A stretch of DNA of 64,000 nt from contig CAWFQB010000001.1 of assembly GCA_963817895.1 (NCBI GenBank), forward strand, positions 1,120,001 to 1,184,000, read 5' to 3'. A program made the position numbers and the translations under genes. The DNA is from an uncultured Chthonomonadaceae bacterium. Its GTDB lineage: Bacteria; Armatimonadota; Chthonomonadetes; Chthonomonadales; Chthonomonadaceae. The notes under the pieces were generated by a model. It did no database searches. It was not told the origin of the DNA and saw only the letters and a program-made list of their open reading frames with translations. Below, piece after piece: positions 35,427 to 46,645 of the stretch. Each line of letters starts with the position of its first letter. Position 1 is the stretch's first letter.

Positions 35427-37274
35427 ATGCGCTACCAACCTATTTCACGCTCTTTGTTGGCCCTTACGCCGTTGTTTGGCCTTGCGCTTGCCCTGCCCCG
35501 GTTCGCGGGCGGGGGGCAGGCGGACAGCAAGCCCACGGTGGTTAAAATCACCGAAGCCAGTGGCGGGTTTCATTTGACCTGCAACGGGCAGCCGTTTGTC
35601 ATCAAGGGCGCGGGCGGGGATGGCTCGAGAAAACTGCTGCACGATGTCGGCGGCAACTCGTTCCGAACGTGGGGCGTGGACAATTTGGGCGCGCAGTTGG
35701 ACGAGGCGCAAAAGCAGGGGTTGATGGTGACGGCGGGAATCTGGCTTGGGCATAAGGAACACGGCTTCGATTACAACAACGCCGATCAGGTGGCCGACCA
35801 GTATGAAAAAGCGCGGCAGGCCATCGTCAAATACCGCAATCATCCCGCGCTCCTGATGTGGGCATTAGGCAACGAGATGGAGGGGTACGAAAAGGGCGAC
35901 AACGCCGCCATCTGGTCTGCGGTCAACAACCTTGCGGCAATGGCAAAGAAGCTCGATCCAAACCATCCCACCATGACGGTTATCGCGGAAATCGGCGGCG
36001 ACAAGGTGAAAAACATCAACCGTTTGTGTCCCGATATAGACGTTGTGGGCATCAACAGTTACGGCGGCGGGGCAAGCCTTGCGACGCGCTACAAGCAGGC
36101 GGGCGGCGTGAAGCCGTTTGTGGTCACGGAATTTGGACCCGCAGGCGTGTGGGAAAGCGGCAAAAATAAGATGGGCGTGATTCCCGAACTCAGCAGCACG
36201 GCGAAAGCGACTGCCTACAAAAATACGTGGCAGCAGGCCATTGCGGGACAGAATTTAAGTTTGGGCGGGTACGCCTTCGCGTGGGGCAACAAGCAGGAAG
36301 CAACGGCAACATGGTTCGGCCTGCTGCTGCCGGATGGAAGCCGGTTGGCAGGCGTGGACGCCCTGACGGAAGCGTGGACGGGCAAACTTCCCGCCAACCG
36401 CTGCCCCGAACTGCATAGTCTTAAAATCGAGGGCGCGGACGAGGTAGAACCGGGCGAAGTCGTAAAAGCGTCGCTGGACGCTTCCGACCCGGAAAGCGAT
36501 CCGCTGACGACCCAATGGATTTTGCAGGCCGATTCGGGTAAATCCAACACCAATGGCGACACGGAAGCCGCGCCGCCCACGTTTCCTGACGCCATTGTGA
36601 AGAGTGACGGCAAGCAGGCGCAGTTGAAGATGCCCAAAACCGGGGGCGTGTACCGCCTGTTCGCGTATGTGCGCGACAATCACGGCGGGGCTGCCGTCGC
36701 CAATGTGCCGATACTGGTAAAAGGCGGAACCCCCGCGCCCGCGCCTACTCCCACATTCGCCGCCGGCAAAGCATCCGCCCTGCCGCTTGTGGTTTATGCG
36801 GAAGCGGGGCAGGCCGTCCCGTTTGTTCCGTCCGGCTACATGGGCAACGCGGGCGCGATTAAAATGAACGAGCAGTGCGCGGACAACCCGCATAGCGGCA
36901 AAACCTGTCTGGAAGTGCAGTACACGGCGAAAGCGGATTGGGGCGGCGTCGTGTGGCAATCCCCCGCGAACGATTGGGGCAACCAGCCCGGCGGCAAGAA
37001 CCTGACCGGCGCGAACAAAATGACCTTTTGGGCGCGGGGCGCGAAGGGCGGCAAATCCGTCAACTTTTTGTGCGGCGTGATCGGGCGCGACAAGCCGTTT
37101 TTTGATACGGTTCAGGCCAAACTGGAAAAGGCGACGCTCACCAAAGAGTGGAAGCAGTACAGCATTGACCTGAAAGGCAAAGACCTGACGCGCATCAAAA
37201 CTGGCTTTGGCTGGACACTGGCGGCTTCGGGCGAACCTGTCACCTTTTATCTGGACGACATCCGTTACGAGTAA
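35427..37274 (+). CDS. Secreted clan GH-A (GH2-like TIM barrel) glycoside hydrolase with a C-terminal carbohydrate-binding-like domain
   Basis: Signal peptide, 'NSFRTW', acid/base 'WALGNE', nucleophile 'VTEFG', Pro/Thr linker, CBM-like tail 'TFWARGAKGG...FYLDDIRYE'. Confidence 0.85.
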   Translation: MRYQPISRSLLALTPLFGLALALPRFAGGGQADSKPTVVKITEASGGFHLTCNGQPFVIKGAGGDGSRKLLHDVGGNSFRTWGVDNLGAQLDEAQKQGLMVTAGIWLGHKEHGFDYNNADQVADQYEKARQAIVKYRNHPALLMWALGNEMEGYEKGDNAAIWSAVNNLAAMAKKLDPNHPTMTVIAEIGGDKVKNINRLCPDIDVVGINSYGGGASLATRYKQAGGVKPFVVTEFGPAGVWESGKNKMGVIPELSSTAKATAYKNTWQQAIAGQNLSLGGYAFAWGNKQEATATWFGLLLPDGSRLAGVDALTEAWTGKLPANRCPELHSLKIEGADEVEPGEVVKASLDASDPESDPLTTQWILQADSGKSNTNGDTEAAPPTFPDAIVKSDGKQAQLKMPKTGGVYRLFAYVRDNHGGAAVANVPILVKGGTPAPAPTPTFAAGKASALPLVVYAEAGQAVPFVPSGYMGNAGAIKMNEQCADNPHSGKTCLEVQYTAKADWGGVVWQSPANDWGNQPGGKNLTGANKMTFWARGAKGGKSVNFLCGVIGRDKPFFDTVQAKLEKATLTKEWKQYSIDLKGKDLTRIKTGFGWTLAASGEPVTFYLDDIRYE

Positions 37275-37803
37275 CCAACCGCTCATCACAACAGGCGCTC
37301 AAAACACGACATGCAGCACGTCCGGCTCACAACCGGGCGTGTTTTGCCGTATTTCCGGCGTTTGGGAGAGTTTTACCTGCCTTTTGCAGCACAGGGCGGC
37401 GGTTCCAACCAGAAACGAGGAGAAAGCAATCAGTACGACGCCAACGCCGAGAATAAAGACGGCGGGACAGTGCAGGCAATTCAGCCAGAAACCGTGCAAG
37501 TTCATCATTGGTCTTCTCCCTCATGCAGGAAGCCGGAAGCGTACAGGGGTATTACTAATTCTATTATAAACCAGAACTTGCAGAAATACCGTAAAACTTT
37601 AAGCATAATTTTGGCGATTTATTTTGCTGTATATGTGTGATTAGCCTCACAGTTCCGCGCAGCGCCCTTTGAGTAATCCCCAACCGTCTTCGCCTGTCGC
37701 GCCTCCTAACCGCGTCGCGCAGCCTGTTTTGTACGAACGTTTGGTCAAAATTTGGTCGGAGCCGGTTCCGTCGACATTTTCGCGTATCGCCTTTCAAACA
37801 GAA

Positions 37804-37848
37804 ACAACCTCAACCCGGCGTTCCGTGTGGACGCCGGGTTGAGGTTGT
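37804..37848. terminator. Strong hairpin, probable terminator or REP, downstream of the LLM oxidoreductase
   Basis: ACAACCTCAACCCGGCG-loop-CGCCGGGTTGAGGTTGT. Confidence 0.65.
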
Positions 37849-37878
37849 ATTGAAATAGGCTCTAAAACAGCCGCCGCA

Positions 37879-38903
37879 TTACTCGCGCAGCAGGGGCTTG
37901 ACGCGGGAACCGAGCAGTTCTATGGCCTGCCGGAGTTTGGCGTGGGACAAGTCCGCGTTGTCCATCTGGAACGTGACGCGCGAGATTCCGCCCAGCGCTT
38001 CGCTGTGCCGCAGAATTTTATCCGCTACCTCTTCGGGACTGCCGACAAGCAACGCGCCTTTCGTCCCCAGTTGCGCGTCGAAGTGGGCGCGGGTCACGGG
38101 CGGCCATCCCCGTTCCTTGCCTATCTTGGTAAACATGCGCGCGTAACCCGGAAAGTAGTCGCTGACTGCATCCTGCGTGGTTTCCGCCACGTAGCCTAAT
38201 GAGTGAAGGCCGACTTTTAACTGTTCCGGCGCGTGTCCCGCCCGCTTTCCCGCTTCCCGGTACAGGTCAACAAGGGGCCGGAAGCGGTGTGTTTCCCCGC
38301 CGATAATGGCGACCATGAGCGGCAGTCCAAGCGTACCCGCCCGCCGAACGATTCCGGTGTGCCGCCAACCCCCAGCCAGATAGGTAACGAGTTTTGCGCG
38401 GGGCGCGGATACACGCCCTGCCCTGTGAGCGCGGGCCGATGTTTGCCTGACCAGTAGACATGCTCATTGTCGCGGATGTTGAGCAGCAGTCCGAGTTTCT
38501 CCGTGAACAGCGAGTCGTAATCTCTGAGCTGCAGGCCGAAGAGTGGGAAAAACTCGGTAAACGAGCCGCGCCCGACAACCATTTCCGCCCGACCCTGCGA
38601 AATCAAATCCAGCGTGGCGAAATTCTGGAACACGCGCACCGGATCGGCCGCGCTGAGTACCGTAACCGCGCTTGTCAGCCGAATACGACGGGTTTGCGCC
38701 GCTGCCGCCGCGAGGATGACGGCGGGCGCGCTGTCCAGAAACTCCGGGCGATGGTGTTCCCCGATACCAAAAATGTCCAGCCCTACCTCATCGGCGTAGG
38801 CAATGCGTTCGAGCAGTTCGCGCATGGCTTCGGACGCGCTGACAGGAAGATGCGGGCTGTCCTCCGACATGACAGCGGCAAAACTATCTATTCCGAGTTC
38901 CAT
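37879..38903 (-). CDS. LLM-class flavin-dependent oxidoreductase; one frameshift near 38340
   Basis: 'GIGEHHR', '[10 protein letters not shown]', '[13 protein letters not shown]' in ORF 38217-38903, continuing as 'VAIIGG' in ORF 37879-38316. Confidence 0.88.
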
Positions 38904-38912
38904 TGAATTCTC

Positions 38913-39305
38913 CTACTCCGTTGCTTTCACCCGCATCGCGAACACGCCCGCGAAAGCGGAGCGTACCCCGTAAAACACCAGCAGCCACAATACCAGCGCA
39001 ATCAGTCCGGGCACAATGCCGGATGGGGCCATCAGCGAGTGAAACAGGAGGATGTTCACAATCACCGGGCCAAGCAGCACAAGAGCAATGGGAACAAACC
39101 GGTTTGCCAGCAGCAGGACGCCGCCCATCAGTTGCAGCAGAAACACCGGAACCATGTAGTGTGAGGCCGACAAAACGGTCAAATACTGCATCGCAAGACC
39201 GGCAGGCGGCGGCGGTTGCGGAATGAAGTGAAGAAACCCGTTCAGTCCAAACACGACAAACATGAATCCGAGCAGGTAACGAGCGATAAGCGTGGCAGTT
39301 TTCAT
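38913..39305 (-). CDS. DoxX-like membrane protein
   Basis: 'ARYLLG..F..FGLNGFLHF', 'PVIVNILLFH'. Confidence 0.8.
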   Translation of the reverse strand: MKTATLIARYLLGFMFVVFGLNGFLHFIPQPPPPAGLAMQYLTVLSASHYMVPVFLLQLMGGVLLLANRFVPIALVLLGPVIVNILLFHSLMAPSGIVPGLIALVLWLLVFYGVRSAFAGVFAMRVKATE

Positions 39306-39338
39306 GATAATCCTCAAAATCCTTTCATGCGTCTCTAA

Positions 39339-39439
39339 GAATCTATCTCAATAGGCCGGGTACAGAGAACGTACCCGTCTGAGTAGCCTGCGGCTAAACG
39401 TCCTTCGGACGTAAATGCTGTTCCTATTGGGATAGGCTC
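39339..39439 (-). mobile_element. 101-bp MITE, diverged copy, TAA duplication
   Basis: TAA|GAATCTATCTCAA...TTGGGATAGGCTC|TAA; reverse orientation relative to 28853-28954. Confidence 0.8.
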
Positions 39440-39660
39440 TAAGTCACGCGGCGCAGGCCGCTTCGATATAGAATTATCCCATATACGCTTTATTTTGTCA
39501 AGCGCATAATAAAATAACTCGCATTGCAAAGTAAAGCACAATGGATAGTAGGGCGCATAGCACAATATCAACGTCTTCGGGTACAATAGGGTAAGCGGGA
39601 GAATTTGTTTGGAAGGTTGGTTCGGAAGGTTGAACTTCAACCTTAAAGGATAAAGCCCCC

Positions 39661-40104
39661 ATGCAGCGTAATGAAGCCAAGAATGTTGAAGATAAGAATG
39701 ATGAAGCTAAGAGTGTTGAGGACAATCAGGAGGAGGCGGAGGCTTGTAATGCCGCCGCGCCTTTTCTGCGGGGCGCGATGCTGTTGCAGGAAAAGTGGGT
39801 GTTGATGATTGTTTACAGCCTGCTTGCCGGTCCGACAGGATTTAGTGAATTGATGCGAAGAGGCAACATCAACACGACAACCTTGACGCAGCGACTCAAT
39901 CTGCTGGAACACGCGGGATTGCTGGTCAAAACAATTCATTCGACCATGCCGCCCCGGACAAGTTACGAACTGACCGAAGCCGGACGCGCCTTAAAGCCGG
40001 TTCTGGAAGCGATTACCCAATGGAGCCTGAAATATTTGCCCGTCGTAAAGCCGGAAGAAGCGTGTCCCTGCGAGGAAGTTGGTAACGGGGCGGATAGCAC
40101 ATAG
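39661..40104 (+). CDS. HxlR-family winged-helix transcriptional regulator
   Basis: 'LQEKWVLMIV', 'FSEL', 'LTQRLNLLE', 'PPRTSYELTEAG'; divergent from the DoxX/LLM genes. Confidence 0.88.
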   Translation: MQRNEAKNVEDKNDEAKSVEDNQEEAEACNAAAPFLRGAMLLQEKWVLMIVYSLLAGPTGFSELMRRGNINTTTLTQRLNLLEHAGLLVKTIHSTMPPRTSYELTEAGRALKPVLEAITQWSLKYLPVVKPEEACPCEEVGNGADST

Positions 40105-40171
40105 GAGCGCGATGAGACAGAAAAGCGGAATGACAATTTGGATAATGCCGTGTTAGGCGACTGAATGATAC

Positions 40172-40585
40172 CTACTCGCCCCATGCGATATTTTGCGCGG
40201 CAAGATGCGTTCGGATACGCGCAAACTCCTGATCGTGGTACGTTGCTGCCTGTTCCGGTGTTGGCTGCCACAGGTCATATCGAACCAGTTTGCTTGCCTC
40301 TTCCAGTACGACATAGTCCGCTTCCAGACGGCCCAAATTCTGTTTCACATACTTGATACGTTCGTTGTGGTTATCAGGAACCGGCTCCTGAAGCCGTCCG
40401 CTTTTTGCAATCGCATGGGCTTGTACGAGATGTAATGCGGCATAGAACAGAGCTACAACAGCCCAATCCGTATCTTCAGGCGTTTGTAGCAAGCGTTGGT
40501 AACGTTGATAGTTCCTGTGTGCGCCATCAATATGTTTGCGCGCCTGTTTTCCCGGCTGTAATTTCGGCGGTTGTCTGGAGGGCAT
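40172..40585 (-). CDS. HEPN-domain protein
   Basis: 'DWAVVALFYAALHLVQA', 'PDNHNER', 'SKLVRY'. Confidence 0.7.
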   Translation of the reverse strand: MPSRQPPKLQPGKQARKHIDGAHRNYQRYQRLLQTPEDTDWAVVALFYAALHLVQAHAIAKSGRLQEPVPDNHNERIKYVKQNLGRLEADYVVLEEASKLVRYDLWQPTPEQAATYHDQEFARIRTHLAAQNIAWGE

Positions 40586-40600
40586 GAACGCCTGCTTTCT

Positions 40601-41062
40601 TTACGAGTTGGCAAAGCGCGGGTTGTTTTCGGCCTCATCAAGTTCGCGTCGGGGACGAAACTCTATGTTTATGATGGCATCAGGGTACTGGCTATACAGG
40701 TCGCCACGCAATTTAACGACCTTGTAAAACGCTTCGCTGCGCAGTTCGGGAACCTCGACGCGGTATATCGGTTCCCACTCGTTTTCACCTGCGCGTATTC
40801 TGACCTCTGCATCGGCAATCTTTTGGATACGTTCCCGAAAAATGCGGTTGGCGATCTGCGTTTGCGTTTCTCCCAATGCTGGCGACGCTGCGCTAGACGC
40901 CACGCTCTGCCCATTGCCTGCCTGGAGAACAGGCGTTTTCTTCACTTTTTTGCCTGCCAATCCACGCCCCGGCTTTGGAAAATAACGCTTCGGTTGCGAC
41001 AGTGTTTCCATGATGCTCATTCCTCCCTCCATCAAGCGAGGTTCGCGCTTTCTCGCTGACAT
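40601..41062 (-). CDS. Hypothetical protein, probable partner (antitoxin-like) of the HEPN protein
   Basis: Co-oriented and 15 nt upstream of the HEPN gene; start uncertain. Confidence 0.5.
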   Translation of the reverse strand: MSARKREPRLMEGGMSIMETLSQPKRYFPKPGRGLAGKKVKKTPVLQAGNGQSVASSAASPALGETQTQIANRIFRERIQKIADAEVRIRAGENEWEPIYRVEVPELRSEAFYKVVKLRGDLYSQYPDAIINIEFRPRRELDEAENNPRFANS

Positions 41063-41098
41063 TTCTTCTCTATGTTCGATGTGGCGCGGCGGAAGACC

Positions 41099-42588
41099 TT
41101 ACGCGAGAATATCCTTGACGACATTGCCTGCGACATCGGTCAGGCGGTAGTTGCGGCTGTTGAAGTGGTACGTCAGGCGGGTATGGTCAATGCCGAGCAG
41201 GTGCAGAATGGTGGCGTGCAGGTCGTTGACGCTGACGCGGTTCACCGTCGCCTTGTGGCCCAATTCGTCGGTTTCGCCGTAGTGGACGCCGCCCTTGACG
41301 CCGCCGCCCGCCATCCAGGTCGTGAAGGCGTGCGGGTTGTGGTCGCGGCCCGTGCCGCCCTTCTGCACAAGCGGCAGCCGCCCGAACTCGCCGCACCAGA
41401 TCACGAGCGTATCTTCCAGCAGGCCGCGCTGTTTCAGGTCGGTCAGCAGGCCGGCGATCGGCGTGTCGGTTTCGCCCGCGAACTGGCGATGGTTGTCGCC
41501 GATGTTGCTATGCCCGTCCCAGCTCTTCTCGTTCTCCTCGCCGCCGCTGTAGATCTGCACGAAGCGGACGCCCCGCTCCACCATGCGCCGCGCCATCAGG
41601 CACTGCTTGCCGAAATGGGCGCAGCGCTTGTCGTCCAGGCCGTACAGTTTTTGAATTTCGGGCGATTCTTTTGCGAAGTCGAGCGCTTCCGGCGCGGCCA
41701 TCTGCATCCGGTACGCCAGTTCAAACGACTGGATACGCGCCGCCAATTCCGCATCCGCCTGGTTCTGTTCCAGATGCGCGTGGTTCAGTTTCGCCAGCAG
41801 GTCCTAGTTGGGCGCGCTGCTGCGCGTCCGTCATCTGGTCTGCGCGGGCCAGGTTGTTGATGGGCGCGCCCTGCGCGTTCAGCGCGGTTCCCTGATACAC
41901 GCCGGGCAGAAAGCCCGCGCCCCAGTTCTGCGCGTAGCCTTTGGGCAGGCCGCGCCCCAGCGTATCGTACATCACCACGAAACCGGGCAGATTCTGGCTT
42001 GACCGACCCCAGCCCATACGTGACCCACGCGCCCACGCTCGGAAAGCCCATGCGGTTCATGCCCGTGTTGATTTCAAACAGGGCGGGCGAATGGTTGTTG
42101 GTTTCCGTGTAGCAGGAGTGGATGAACGCCATGTCGTCTACATGCTGCGCCATGCCCGGAAAAATCTCCGAGGCCCACGTTCCCGATTGCCCGTGCTGCG
42201 CGAACTTGAACGGCGACTTCATGATCGGCCCGACCTGATCCACGAAGAACCCCGTATCTTTGTCGAAGCCTTTGAGTTCCTGCCCATCGTGCTTTGCAAG
42301 TTCCGGCTTGTAGTCCCACGTATCCACCTGCGACGGCCCGCCGTTCATAAACAGCCAGATCACGCTTTTGGCGCGGGCGGGGAAGTGGCCGGGATGAGGC
42401 GCGAGGGGATTCAGGGAGTTGGGTGTTGGGTGTTGGGTGTTGGGAACGGAGGCGGCTTTCGCGCCGTGCTGATCCATGAGCGCGGACAGGGCCAACATGC
42501 CGAAGCCGGAACCGGTCAGGCGCAGAAAATCCCGGCGGGACGAATACGCGCGGTTGGGCGATGCGAATAGATGTGGGTGGTTCTTCAT
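41099..42588 (-). CDS. DUF1501 domain protein (Tat signal); frameshifted near 41800 and 42000
   Basis: 'SRRDFL', 'AKSVIWLFMNGGPSQVDTWD', 'ARRMVERGVRFVQ', 'GEFGR', 'GRDHNP' spread over three ORFs. Confidence 0.88.
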
Positions 42589-42599
42589 GTTCTTCCTCT

Positions 42600-42656
42600 T
42601 ACGCGAATTGCGTAATGCTGTACGCAAATTGCGTAATGCTGTACGCAAATTGCGTA
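42600..42656. repeat. 21-bp tandem repeat (about 2.7 copies), each with a TACGCA-AAT-TGCGTA palindrome
   Basis: Read directly from the sequence. Confidence 0.85.
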
Positions 42657-42665
42657 CAAAGATAC

Positions 42666-43025
42666 CTATCGTGGCATGTTAAATCTTATCAAGTCATGGC
42701 CTGTGATTTCTTCACCTACTAACTTGTGCTCGAAAAGCGCGCGATAGTCTGATCGCCGTCCATCAGGGAATTTGCGCTCGAAGCGGCTTATGTCCTCCCA
42801 AAAAATATTCTCATCAAAACTATGCATGTCCGCTGCAATGTAAAACGCCAGATTGTGAAAGGCGTGTACCCGCGCGAAAGAGATTCGCATATAGCGAATT
42901 TGATAACGCCAGTAGCGCGGTGTCGTCCACGACAAGCCAAAGCCAAAAATGCCTAAATCGTATTTCAAGTGCAGCAGAGCCGCGCAAAGCAGAATGATAT
43001 AGGCTTGTTTGCGTTGTTCTTCCAT
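42666..43025 (-). CDS. Hypothetical protein (AT-rich)
   Basis: 119-aa ORF with an AAGGA RBS, between the DUF1553 and DUF1501 genes. Confidence 0.55.
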   Translation of the reverse strand: MEEQRKQAYIILLCAALLHLKYDLGIFGFGLSWTTPRYWRYQIRYMRISFARVHAFHNLAFYIAADMHSFDENIFWEDISRFERKFPDGRRSDYRALFEHKLVGEEITGHDLIRFNMPR

Positions 43026-43089
43026 GTCCTTGTTCGCGTCAGAAGTATATCCAGCATTTTACCTTTGATGCATATTTGATTTGTACAAC

Positions 43090-46000
43090 TTACTCCACGT
43101 ACACGAATTCGTTCAGGCCGAAGAGCGCCTGACAGAAATCTGTTAAGGCCAGTTGGGGCGCGTTATTCTGGCCCTGCGTCTGGTAGGAAGCGGTTTGCTG
43201 TTCCAAAAAGGCGAGGGAGTCGGTTAGTTCGGCGGGTGAGGGCGCGCGGCTCAGGGCGAGAAGATAGGCGGCGCGGACGGCTTCGGCGCGGGGCGTTTGG
43301 TCGTTGGGCGCGGCGCGGTTGGCGAGTTGAACGGCGTATTGGCGCGCGTTGGGGCTGTTCATCAGCATCAGGGCTTGCGGCGCAACGGTTGTCACCTGCC
43401 GCGCCCCGATGCTTTGCAGCGAGTCGGGGCCGTCGAACAGGCGCAGCGTGGGAATCAGACGGCTGCGCTTGATGGTGAAATAGATGCTGCGGCGCGTCAT
43501 GCTCTCGTCCAGCGTACCCGGCCCGAACATCGTGGTATCCAGCAGGCCGGAAACGCTCAACATGTTATCGCGGACGATTTCAGCCTCCATGCGCTGACGC
43601 GGATGCTGCCACACCAGTTTGTTGTCCGGGTCCAGTTTCTGGTTTATTAGATTGGATTGGGAGGCTTGCCGGTACGCCGCGCTGCACAGCATCAGTTTGT
43701 GAAGGGGCTTTAACTGCCAGTTGTTTCTAATCAATTCGCTCGCCAGCCAGTCCAGCAGTTCGGGATGCGTGGGTTTGTCGCCCTGCGTGCCGAAGTCGGA
43801 CGGCGTGGAAACGATTCCCCTGCCGAAGTGGTGCTGCCAGAGCCGGTTCACGATTACCCGCGCCAGCAGCCCGCCGGCCCCGCTGTCTACGTCTGTCATC
43901 CAGTCGGCAAGGGCGCGGCGGCGATACGAGGTATGCCAGCCCGAAGGTGGCGGCGTTTGCCAGTGTTTTTCATCCTGCCCGTCGCGCATCAGAACCTGTA
44001 AAAACGACTGCGTTGCTACGCCCTGCTTCTGGTTCGGGTCGCCGCGCTTGAGGAAATATGTTTGTTCCAGAAAGTCGCCGCCCTGCGTGTGCGTCCGAAT
44101 GGCGGCAACCCCTTCACTGCACACCATCATTTTTACGATGTTCGGTTTGGGCGCAAGCGCGAGATGGGTTTGTATGCTTTTATCGCGCTCCTGCCAGCCC
44201 GCGTCGCGTGTCCGATACCACGCCAGTAGCGCGGTTTGATCCTGCGCGTCAAGAGTTTGCCCCGCGTTCAATGCTGCCAACGCGCTGTCTGCCTGCGCGG
44301 AACGTATGGGCGCGTTGAGCGCGAGCGGTTCTGAAACTGTGGAAAGCGACAGGCGCGGACGCCCGATGTTATGGCCCGCATTGTTCTCGAATTTCAGCGT
44401 TACGGTCAGAACTGCGCCGCCGACACAACCAACCGGCGTATCGAACTCGAACGCGGCGGCATGGTCTTTGCCGAACTGCGGATCAACCGCCCACGCCAGT
44501 TTGGAACCGGAGTCGATCACGGCGGCAATGGGCAGGTCCTTTTGCTCGAAGGTGGCGCGGGGGGAATGAAGTTTAATTTCAACGGGCGCGGCAGTCTTGT
44601 CCGCGGACGCGGCAAACACGCGCAGGCTGGTCAGGGCGAAGTTGCCGTTCGGGGCGCGTCCCGGCCCTTTGACCGCAGTGAGGGATCGGCTAAGGCTTCC
44701 AGTCGCAGGCCGGTGATGTGTTTCAGGTTGGCGCGAACCACAAAGGTATAGGTATCAAAGTCCGGGTTTTTGCCGGTTGCCAGTAAAGAACCATCCGGTT
44801 GCGGCGTGAACGTCGCGCCGCCAGCGGAGTTAGCGCTGACCATTTCCGGCAACAGCCATGCGGCGGGAAGGCTTTTGCCTGCGGGCATTTTGATCCACGC
44901 TTCAAGTTTTGCGGCAGTTGTTCCCGCTCGTAGCGCGGCAATTCGGCGGCAAGCGGCGCGTGTTCCGCATCGAATTTCGCTTTGGCCTGCTTGTAACCTG
45001 CCGGGTCTATATCCACGTCCATGTCGCTGCGAACGGTCGTGGTGAAGGTGGACAGCAGGCGATAGTAGTCTTGATTGGGAATGGGGTCGTACTTGTGGTT
45101 GTGGCAGCGGGCGCAGCCGACTGTCAGGCCGAGCATGGCAACGCCCGTTGTGGCCGTCATGTCGTCAAGTTCGTCGTAGCGCTCTTTTTCCACCTGATTT
45201 TTGGTGATCTGCGTGGCGTGCGTGCCTGCGCCCAGAAAGCCGGTCGCCATCAGCGCGAGGGGATTGTCGGGCGCGATCTCATCCCCGGCAAGCTGCCACT
45301 GCACAAACTGATTGTACGGCATGTCCTGATTGAGCGCCTTGATAACGAAATCGCGATAGTGGTAGGCGTACGGGCGGTCATAATCCTGCTCGTAGCCGTG
45401 ACTCTCGGCAAAGCGCGCCAGATCGAGCCAGTGCCGCCCCCAACGTTCGCCATAGTGCGGGCTTGCCAGCAGGCGATCCACCATCTGCTCGTAAGCGTTG
45501 GGATTCTATCGTTGACGAACGCTTCCACTTCCTGCGGCGTGGGCGGCAGGCCAATCACGTCGAAATACGCGCGGCGAATCAGGACGCGCTTTTCCGCCTG
45601 CGGGTTGGGCGCGATATGGTTCTGTTCCAGTTTGCTGAGAACAAAGCGGTCTATAGGGTTGCGGCACCTGTTTGCGTTTTTGACGTTGGGGACGGGCGTG
45701 GCCTTCAACGGCTGAAACGCCCAGTGCTTTCGCCCCTGCGCAATGTCCATGCCGCCCGGAGTAACAGGGGAAGCAGAAAGTTTTGCTCCCGGAACTGCCG
45801 CGCCATTCGGCTTTTCGCCGATACGCGGGTCGGGAGCGCCACGCTTCACCCATTCCGTCAGCAGCGCGATCTCTTTTTCTGACAGTTTGCCCATAGGCGG
45901 CATGGCCGCAATTCCCGGCTGATGCCGGACAGCCTGAATCAAGCGGCTTTTGTCCGCATCTCCCGGCAGGATAACCGCCCCGTTCGCGCTTCCCCGCATC

Positions 46001-46221
46001 CATCCCGCCCGCGTGTCCAGACGCAGCCCGCCCTGCGCTGTAGCGCTTTTGGCGGAGTGGCAGGCGTAGCATTTTTCCGCCAGCAACGGGCGAATATTCT
46101 GCTCGAAGAAAGCCGCGTTTTGGGGTTCAAGAGGCGTGGTGGGATGGATCGCAGGCGGCGCGGCCCATACCGAACATACCGGCAACAGAGCCGTAATGGT
46201 TACAAGCAGACGGATATTCAT
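43090..46221 (-). CDS. Planctomycete cytochrome c/DUF1549/DUF1553 (PSD1) protein; several frameshifts
   Basis: CYACH heme motif, 'HWAFQP', '[14 protein letters not shown]', '[11 protein letters not shown]', '[16 protein letters not shown]', '[11 protein letters not shown]', 'NEFVYVE' across four ORFs. Confidence 0.88.
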
Positions 46222-46231
46222 AGGCGTAAAT

Positions 46232-46630
46232 TTATGCTACCAGAAGCGAATTAATCATTTTGCGGGTTTGCTCATCCGCAAAGATGCCTCGCAGGTCGTG
46301 TTCCAGTTCTTCCTGATTACTGCATTTGTAATAAGGCGCTTGCCCTTCATCATTGACGGCGAGGATGAAGTTGACTTCTGCGGGATAAAGCTGGCTTTTC
46401 CGGTGTACCACTTCCAGTAATCTATGGCTATACCCCCCCGGCTCAGGCGTCTGCAAATCGAAATAATGACTGACCTTGCCGCCCTGTTCCGGGCGCGTGT
46501 AAATACGGGCCTCCACACGTCCGTTTGTGCGCTTACGCAAAGCATCTGCCTGTTCACGCAAAACGAGCGCCGGGGAGGTTTCCTCAGAAACTACCAAATC
46601 CGGCGGCCAGAGATCAACGCTGGATGTCAT
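46232..46630 (-). CDS. Hypothetical protein (DLWP N-terminal motif)
   Basis: AGGAG RBS; 132 aa; directly downstream of the EEP nuclease gene. Confidence 0.7.
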   Translation of the reverse strand: MTSSVDLWPPDLVVSEETSPALVLREQADALRKRTNGRVEARIYTRPEQGGKVSHYFDLQTPEPGGYSHRLLEVVHRKSQLYPAEVNFILAVNDEGQAPYYKCSNQEELEHDLRGIFADEQTRKMINSLLVA

Positions 46631-46645
46631 AATCCATTATCTCCT

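Noticed and set aside
37299..37508. Small hydrophobic Cys-rich ORF on the minus strand
   Set aside because: It has a plausible RBS and TM segment but no other support; left uncalled.
42600..42656. Possible mini-CRISPR array
   Set aside because: The units are directly tandem with identical 6-nt linkers, there are no unique spacers, and no cas genes are in the window.
27062..45484. Programmed frameshifting or phase variation as the cause of the split genes
   Set aside because: There are several indels per gene at unrelated sites and no consistent slippery motif; sequencing error is more parsimonious.
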